Origin: the human T2T-CHM13v2.0 reference genome, Homo sapiens
NCBI RefSeq assembly: GCF_009914755.1
Contig: NC_060927.1
Length of the DNA: 64,000 nt
Direction: 5' to 3' (one strand)
Numbering within the stretch: the first letter of the stretch is position 1; every line of letters begins with the position of its first letter. Positions 56,046 through 64,000 of this stretch are shown one piece after another. The notes beneath the pieces are model-generated. The model made no database searches, was not told the DNA's origin, and worked only from the letters and a program-made list of their open reading frames with translations. Position numbers and translations under genes: made by a program.

Positions 56046-58198
56046 GCAATATACAGATCCAGCTTGAACTGAGAGCAAGGAAAGGCCATTAGCTATCCTC
56101 TGTTCTCAGTTATTCCTTCCTTTCATTTATTCAGAAGCATTCTGGAGAGAAATATATATATATATATATTCAAAACACATGTTTTTTCAAAATATGTTTC
56201 AAAATAAAGCTATGTGAAAAACTCAGAAATCTCATATCACGTGAGATTCATTTAAAAATAGGTGCTAAAAATTCCAATGACACTTTCCTTCATGCAAAAT
56301 ATTCCATTCCCTCACCAGTCATCTAGCATTCACCAATCAGGTAATACTTCGGAGAAAAAAAAATAGATTTATAGCTTCATTTTACAGACAGAATGACTCA
56401 AACTCCAAAGAGGTAAAGATAGTCACCCAATCACAGAGCATCATCTTGAATTAAAAAATAATCTAAACTTACCGCTCTATTTTACACATGGGCTAACTCA
56501 CAGTCCAAAGAGGTGATGAAGATGGCTGCCCAAGACCACATACAAGAGGTGACAATTTAAAAATTCCATACTCTCCAAGTTTATGCTTTTGAGTCAAACA
56601 GTAGATTGGCCAGAGTCACTTCTCTCACGTGCAAACACCAGAAAAACTGCTTTATCTGCCAATATCACCATTAAATATTATGTCCCTCAAATTCTTCATG
56701 AAATTCATGGCAACCTGTCTGAGTTAGCTTATCCCAAAGGTCTTTATTTTTGTTTGGTTTGATTTTCCGAGGCCCTATCTGAACAAAGGTTGTAAATCAA
56801 AAGGAAAAGGCTTGGATGGACTTCCTGAACATTTTGTAGGATGCTTGTCCTTTCAATGTTCTGTATTTCTTGGCCTTAGCATCTCCAACACTAGGTTCAT
56901 TGTATCACACAACAGTGTCAACAAATGCTATGCACTAAAGGAAAAAAGCAATGGACCTATCATCTGCTTTCTATCCCATGTAACTTCCTAATCAATCTTT
57001 CCCTGTGATAACCTGGGGACTGAGAATACATTTAAAGCAACACTGAATCCTGTGAACATTGCCCTTTCTCCAAAGGCATTTTTTTTTTTAATCACAAAAC
57101 AGGAAGTTCCAAGCCATTGAAACTCACCAGTATATTTGCTTGAAAGTCTTCTGGAACAACAAAACGGTACATGCCTATCCAGGCAAGCAGACTATTATAA
57201 AAGCAGATGTTTTGCTCACTTCCACTTCAGAGAAACACATTGTCAATTTAGTTAACATCCTCTAGTCATTTGAACAGCCTTCTCAGGAAGTCAGCAATGA
57301 TATAACTCAAGTACAATATGATCCTTGTGTTCCCATTTATCTCATACTTACACATCTTAGCAGAAGATAGATGTGTGCGTGTGTGTGTTAAATGAATTAG
57401 AAGGAAGAAAAATGCTGGGCTACTCACTAGTCTCACTAAAACATCAACCCACAGGAGTGGGATTCAAAGAACAAAAGGTTCTTGGAGGGTGTGGGCATCA
57501 CTATACATGGATAACATTCTTGCCAAGGATCTAGCACTGCCTGTTTCCCACAGCCAGCACAGAATAATTCACCCACACACACACTCTGTGTCGATCAACC
57601 ACTGGAAAGGTGGTCTCCAAGCATCCCAGCACTCAATGTCAGGGACCTCAGCCCCTTGTGCAGTGATCTGGTCTCATCGTGCCTTGGGTAAAGTGGCCAT
57701 GCTTCGTCAGCCAGCTCAAGAAGAGAGGCTAAGGTTGGGGGTCAAGATGAAGGGAAAACTAAGAAACAGCCTAAGACAAGCAAAGGGTGAAGTGTCAGGG
57801 AGGAAACAAAGTAAGACAGAAAAAGGAAAAAGAAAGAGAGAGGTAAACAGTAGTGACCCTGGCAAAAAAAAAAAAAAACAAAAAACAAACAGGCGACAGG
57901 CAGCAGGGGAGGAGTTGTTGAGAAACGGCATGGCTTGTGTCCACACCACAGCCCTGCTGTTAGAGAACTCATCCCACAGAATGGGGCCATTCAGTGTGAC
58001 AGAACAGGACTGCCAGCCACAGTGCAGGGACAGCAGGAGCAAGAGCACTGAGATGCTCCTGAACCATTATCACAGAAGGAGAGGAAAACTGCATTAATGA
58101 CTGAACTAACTTTAGGTCTTTTCAAAACAAATATAGTCATCAAGCTAAATATTCCCAAGTCTCCAGAACACACATGGGTATGCACAAACATGTGTGCA

Positions 58199-58201
<3 letters not shown>

Positions 58202-58229
<28 letters not shown>
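58202..58229. repeat. (AC)14 microsatellite
   Basis: Read directly. Confidence 0.95.
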
Positions 58230-59059
58230 CTCTTTGCTGGCAACAAGATAAGCAAGTATTAGCCAGCATTATTGGGACAGGTTTTAGCCCTAATTTACAG
58301 AGCTTTTGAGATCATGCCCCAGTAAATTTTTTTAAGCTAATGTGTTCATACAGGAGCATCACAAGTAAGTTTATCCAAGTCACTGTTAAACCCACACCCT
58401 GTCTTACTAACTCAGACCATCTATTTCAATAGCTAATCTCTCTCACTTGAGGATGTTAGCCAAGGCTTGTTGGTAAGGGTGAAGAGGGGCAAATAGCAGA
58501 GGGCAGAAGGGCCCCAGCTCCAGTCAACCTTTTTCTCTCTCTCAAACATCAATGCCACCCAAGTAGCACCAGAATCACAAGGCATCCAGACATCAGTGGG
58601 ATTTGAACAAAGGGCCAAAGTTCTCTTTTTCAAATGTCTGCTTGGGGCCTTGCAAAGCCAGAATTTAACCTTATGCTACTGGGGTAATGTTCATTTGGGA
58701 GCACTTAAACTTAAATTACTCTTAAATCACTCCTCTGTACTAGACACACCCAGCTCTTGGCAGTGAACCAGAGTCTAGATGCACCGCCCACAACCCACTG
58801 TTCAAACCTGAAACTTGAAAGGCCTCAAAATCCAAAAAGTAAACACGGCTTCTTAATCACTTTTTTAAATCATCAGCTTCCTTTATCTCCAGCACCTTGT
58901 TTTTCTGTTGGGTCGTTCCAAGCAGAAGCGAGAAGTGAAATGCTAGGCCAGGATGGGTGTATGGAGGACCACAGTGTTCTGGGTGCTGCAGCAGACACTA
59001 CAGAGGGCACAGAAGAGGCTCATGCAGTTCAGCCCTTGTGGCGCTGCCAGGGCATTGTC

Positions 59060-59270
59060 CGGGGAAGGGGGTCAGAGCACAGCATCAAGCCAGGCCGCTG
59101 CTCTACCTTTATGAATGGTGTGACTTTGGGGAAGTTACTGAACCTCTGCCCCTTTGTTTTCTCATCTATAAAACAAGGATGATAGCAATGTCTAACTCAT
59201 AGGACTATTGCAAAAATTAAATGAGTTAATATATTTAAGAGCTTAGAACAGTGCCTATGAGCTTTATTAT
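59060..59270 (+). mobile_element. MIR SINE
   Basis: gtgtgactttggggaagttactgaacctctg..tgttttctcatctataaaacaaggatgatagcaatgtctaactcatagga..attaaatgagttaat..cttagaacagtgcct. Confidence 0.9.
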
Positions 59271-59639
59271 TATCATCATCATTATTACCATTATTATTCC
59301 TTAGTTTATAAGCCATGGATCACTTCCCATTGCCTACCGAGGTAAATACACACACCCTGATGTAGCATTCCAGGTTGGAACTATCTTCTCCAACCTACAT
59401 TTTTAGCCTCATCTCCCATTGCTATCTGCCATGCACCATGCACTTAAAACAAAGGAGGTGGTTCTCCCCATTTCCTGGACATATCTCATAATTCTCTGAC
59501 TCAGCTCACATAGTTTTCTCTGCATTTCCACATTTCTATCAAAAGTGAATCCATCTTTCAAGACCATTCTCAAATGCTGCTTGAATTTCCAAATATTCAT
59601 TGAACATGTAAAATCCTATAGTTTCTCACAGGATGTGGC

Positions 59640-60330
59640 TGCATGTACTCTGGCTGTCAGTGTGCTTCTTCAAAGGTAACAACCAATATTGGGTGAACTA
59701 CACTGGATATGCTCTAAATAATCTAGAGTATAAAGGGAAGGATCATTTTCATAATTAATTTATTTCTTTATTGCACTAATATAATGCCAGATTTTTAGAA
59801 GCCACATGATCACAGCTTCTGTTCCACTAGTTATTCTTCACCTAAATCTTCTGTCGAGCCTTCCCATAATTATGCAATTAATTTTTTAAACCTAAATGCA
59901 CAATTTTACATTTGTATCTACTGAGAGACACCTTGCAGATCACCAGGCAGAGCTCCAACTTGAAAAAGTAATGTGGATAATACTTTGTTATCTTTTATAT
60001 TGGCCATATACCCCGGTGAAGTCATCTAAAAAGCTTGAGAGCATTCTGTCTGCATCATAGATACCAATGTGAAATAATGTAGGATGAGGACAGATTATTG
60101 CAGCCATCTACTAGTCTCCCCAATTTGACAGATCCAAGATCTTTAGATATAGTTATTTCACCAGATGTCTAACTCACCCTGCCAATTTTCATCACCTTAT
60201 CCACACAGACATCAAGAAATTTTATAAAACACTTTCCTAAAACCAAGTTTTCACTATCTATTCCCTTCCCCTAGTAAGAATCTTTTTTAAGACTAAGGGG
60301 TTAATTTGCATGACAAACATGTTTGTCTCC
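59640..60330. mobile_element. Possible ancient L3/CR1 LINE relic
   Basis: Degenerate similarity by eye only (ttttacatttgtatctactgag, gtcatctaaaaagcttg, acagacatcaagaaattt..aaacactttcctaaaacc). Confidence 0.4.
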
Positions 60331-60874
60331 TAGAAACTACCACTCTTTTCTAATGCTCCAAAACAATGTCTGGATATATTTTTCATGTAATAGAAAAAAG
60401 AAATAGGAGACTGATGGGGAAGATTCACAATTCAGTGACAAGAAGCAGCCCAGAAATCTCAACCGCCTGGGATATTTGTTCTAATGAATCTAAGGGTCAG
60501 ATGAACTTCTAAATACAATGCAGCCACTCCTTAGCAGTTTATAACTGCCAAGTAGGAGCGTACACCTCCTGGAACCCTTAGGCTTTCGAAGGTTCGTAAT
60601 CCTGTCCCCCAGTTGACCATTATATCAGGTGAGCCATGCAGCAGACTAGGAAGAGTTAAGATCTCTTGGGTTCAGTTTCCTGATATTTTAGAGAATCTTA
60701 AGTTACAACAATTCTACATTCCCGAATTGGGACATCCGTCCACGAGAAAGGCATTTCCCCACTCCCACCATGATCTAGAGCAAACACGAACAACCTCTGA
60801 ATAAAGCAAAGAGTCTTGTGTGAGCAAACCTAGGCTAACACTCTAGACTGTGATCTGTTCATTTCTAAATAGAC

Positions 60875-61365
60875 TACAATACCTAGTCTCTGAAAATGCC
60901 ACCCTATCCACCTGTAAGTCCCAGTATTCGTGCCCTTGTGTAGTCTCCTCTTCTCAAATCTGGGTTGGCCCTGGGACTCGCATTTGACCTATAGAATATA
61001 GCAGAAGCAACACAGCATGACTCCAATGTTAGGTCATAAAAAGCCTTGCAGCTTAGAATGCTCCCTCCAGCAACCCAGCCACTGTGCTGTTAGAAGCCAT
61101 ATGCAAACATTGATGTCCTCAAGAACCTCAACTGAACTCTGACAGCCAGTAGCAAGCAGCCATTCGATTGAGCCACTCGAACATCCAGCTTAGTGGTCTT
61201 CTAATGACTGCAGCCCCAGGCCAACATTTGACCACAGCCACATGAGACCGCAAATGAGACCACCCAGATGAACTCAGTCAACACCTAGAACTACAAAAAG
61301 TAATAATAAACTGTTGTTTCAAGCCATTAAGTTTAGGGTTGATTTGTTACACAGAAATATCTGGA
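60875..61365 (+). mobile_element. MLT1 (ERVL-MaLR) solo LTR
   Basis: gcccttgtgtagtc..ctgggttggccctgggactcgcatttgacc.atagaat...gactgcagcccc..cacccagatgaac..taataaactgttgtttcaagcc.ttaagtttagggttgatttgttacacag. Confidence 0.88.
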
Positions 61366-62784
61366 ATCAGACCCAACTTGGAGACTGTGGATAGCAGAAT
61401 CTACTTTTATTCTAGGCCTGGAAATGCCAAAGATGACTCTGGGGTCCCAGGAACTTACAGCCAAGTTGTCCCGGGCCTCAGATATTTGAGGCCTATGGAT
61501 GACTCAAAACTCTGAAATAAAGATCAACCAGAAGAACTGAGCTCTCTGGCACTGTGTCCTAATTCGGACTGTTGGAGAATATCACACAACAGTAAAATCT
61601 TACGTAACTGCAAATTCACTCAAGTGGAATTTCAACTAATCACAAATTCATTATATGTGATCTTTAAGTTTTCAAAGTTTGAAATAATTTATTTAACTTC
61701 TAGCATCAAAATTGGATTGAAAGAGCTACTCTTCAAATTAAAAATCAATAGATGTTTATAATCATGGGCTCATAAAATATTGAAAACACCATTCATTCCA
61801 TATTATTCCACACACAGTGCAAGGTAATGAGTATGCAACTGGGGTCAAAGGAGACATAACCTTTGAGCAAGCAATCCAGCATGAAAGGTAAACTCTATAA
61901 AGTAAACAAACAAATGATTAAAACTTCAACATGGAATGCAGTAATAAAGAAGCAATGGTAGAGGAAATTCTCATCAAGGATGTCTCTCTGGAGAAGAAAT
62001 ATTTCATCTGACACCTGAAGGATGAAAAAAGTTCCCAAAGTACTTTATACAAGTTGCAAGGCTTGATAATTAAAATTCTTATGTAGTAGATAATTGTAGT
62101 GAACTGTATTTTTTCTCCATTGACTTGCCTACACACTCAGAGCACTTTAAAGTCTTCCCCTAGCATTAGTACTACATTTCAAATTTTGAATTTCATAAAA
62201 CCACCTCCCTCCTAACTACTCACCTTCCTCTCACTCTTCTGCACTGTCTTGTTCCCCAAGACCTCCCCAATGTGGACTTCATCCCAGTTCTGCATGTGGC
62301 CCCTTTGTGTGACCCTCATGAACACATTCTCCAGGTTTATCCCCAGCAGTCCTCCTACACATGACTGACAGTATTAGCCCCCTGCTACCATGCACCATGA
62401 CCCTGAGAAGAAGCACCCTACCTCACATCCCACCTGACCCTTAGCCCTCACCTGCTTTTCCAGAGAGAGGAACTTGACGTCTTACAAGTAATCATGTATT
62501 TACTAGTATATAATTTTCTGAAATTATTTTCAAGTAATACATGGACTTTTGATCTTATTGGTCAGTCTAATAGGCAATGGAGGGCTCACACATCTGCTTC
62601 AGCACAAATCAAGGCCTGCCTGACATTAAGACCTGGCTTCCTGGTGTGGTTGACATGGTTAGTTGCCTCCCCAATATTCACTCCATTTATCTCCCTTTTG
62701 TGCTGCGTGGGTGGGATTAACATCCGTGGCAGAGTCAGTTGGCTGATCAGCAAAGATTCATGCCGCCTTCCACAGGTTGGAGTG

Positions 62785-63165
62785 GATGCTGGAAAGCAGA
62801 TGCCCACTCAAGGCATCTTCTCACACTTTACACTTTTCTTGACCTAGGAGGGGTCACATGATTAGTTCTCACCAGTGGAATTTGAGGGGATGTGATGTGT
62901 GTCATTTCTGAGCTAAAGTAGTTGAGAAGTAGATGTATCTTCTCCAAGGTCTCTTTCTCTGTTTGCAGCAATTTTGGAGTGCCACGTTGAAGATGGAAGA
63001 GTGCTAAGATACTGAATAAGCTCCTGGAGGTGAACCAATCATTAGGATTAGCAACACCCATATCAGTCTACGAGATAACTAAAAAATAAATGTTTACTTA
63101 ATAAATGTATTAATCCAGAGAGAAGTTGGGATTTACCTGTTATAGCACCTAGCTCTCCCATATTA
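62785..63165 (+). mobile_element. MLT1 (MaLR) LTR
   Basis: ggtcacatgattagttctcaccagtggaatttgag..gtgatgtgtgtcatttctg..gccacgttgaagatgg..aaataaatgttt..gggatttacctgttatagca. Confidence 0.8.
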
Positions 63166-63174
63166 ATATGGCAT

Positions 63175-63595
63175 TATTCCAAGCTCCAGCGATGGATTCA
63201 GACTTGGTTCAGAGATGGGCATGTATCCCACGTCTGAGCCAATCAGTGCATAGTGTTCCTCTAGCCACAGAAGTGTCTTCAAAAGCTGACATATTGCCTA
63301 ACTCAGTCCAATTAGAAGAAAGATTATGATTTCTTTTCAAAGTTTTGGAGAAAATAAGCTTTGTCTTTCCTACTGAATATGAATAACAAAGTATATAGTG
63401 AAGCATTTTGTGATAGTCTGAAGCCAACACACAAGAAAGAAGGGCCAAGAGAAACATTAAGAATAATAGAACCAGAGTCTTGATCAAACTGTGCCTGGGC
63501 ATGTAATCTATTAGATTTTTCTGTTTCCTAAGCTAATACATTCCCTTAATTTTTAAGCCAGTTTAAATTTGGTTTTCTTTATTAATAACTAATAT
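63175..63595 (+). mobile_element. Second old MLT1 (MaLR) LTR
   Basis: ggttcagagatgggcatgt..gagccaatcag...ttgatcaaactgtgcctg..gctaatacattcccttaatttttaagccagtttaaatttggttttct. Confidence 0.75.
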
Positions 63596-63787
63596 CTTCC
63601 AAGTATATACTTCATTATACATGAAACTCTTGTAATCAGTATAGGGAAAAGGAATAAATTAAAACCAATTGCAATTTAAACATAATTCACAGTTCACAAA
63701 ACCCCAAGTATTAAGATAGGATATATAATTGGCACATCAATAAAACATTAATCAAAATTCATAAGTATCTATACCTATGACATGCAC

Positions 63788-64000
63788 TATATCAGTCAGA
63801 ATAGGTTAAGTTATGCTTCCATAATAACTAACTCCAAAATCTCAGTGAGTTATGAAAAGTTTATTTCTTGCTAATGCTATGCTATGTGTCCCATTCTGGG
63901 CCACCTGTGCCTCATCTTCATCATTCCTCTGGGCCTTAGACTGCTAAAATAAGCCTCTATCTGGAACAGGAAAAAGACACAACACAGTGAACCACATGGT
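63788..64000 (-). mobile_element. ERVL/MaLR-type LTR fragment running off the window end
   Basis: tatcagtcagaataggttaagttatgct..ataacta..ccaaaatctcagtg..tttatttcttgc. Confidence 0.7.

Noticed and set aside
56375-56545. Apparent ~55-bp diverged direct repeat (ttttaca..actca..tccaaagaggt)
   Set aside because: Better explained as two degenerate antisense MIR core fragments
57489-58097. Longest ORF (202 aa)
   Set aside because: Starts at GTG, runs through A-rich low-complexity sequence (poly-K), has no recognisable domain or exon structure
59956-59969. caacttgaaaaagt, identical to 14 nt of the SpCas9 tracrRNA/sgRNA scaffold (weaker echo near 51950-51970)
   Set aside because: Short AT-rich match with no flanking scaffold, promoter or array; treated as chance

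Overview
AT-rich mammalian genomic DNA, primate and probably human or another ape: it carries AluJ/S/Y elements and an L1PA3-type 3' end. It is not prokaryotic. I see no convincing protein-coding exon, RNA gene cluster, CRISPR array or intact autonomous element, and the listed ORFs look like chance frames or Alu/microsatellite translations. The window reads as the interior of a long intron or an intergenic/lncRNA region. It holds about a dozen Alu-family elements, many MIR/L2 relics, hAT/Tigger DNA-transposon fossils (MER5, MER20, Tigger3), MaLR LTRs, microsatellites and several repeat-free, CpG-retaining blocks that may be regulatory. I could not identify the host gene. Most notable observations: (1) a ~180-bp locally templated insertion inside an AluJ whose 98-bp core is still identical to its donor 1.2 kb away; (2) a tailless 5S rRNA retropseudogene with a doubled 5' end and a perfect 15-bp TSD; (3) minus-strand splice signals (CpG-rich putative first exon at ~43.2 kb, 141-nt exon, 5-nt microexon, 48-nt exon, terminal exon with AATAAA) that could form a transcript encoding a ~54-aa peptide with a hydrophobic C-terminus; (4) a recursive-splice-like site; (5) closely spaced inverted Alu pairs. 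None of these is a demonstrated new biological system. Repeat subfamily calls and boundaries of old elements come from recalled consensus sequences read by eye and are approximate.
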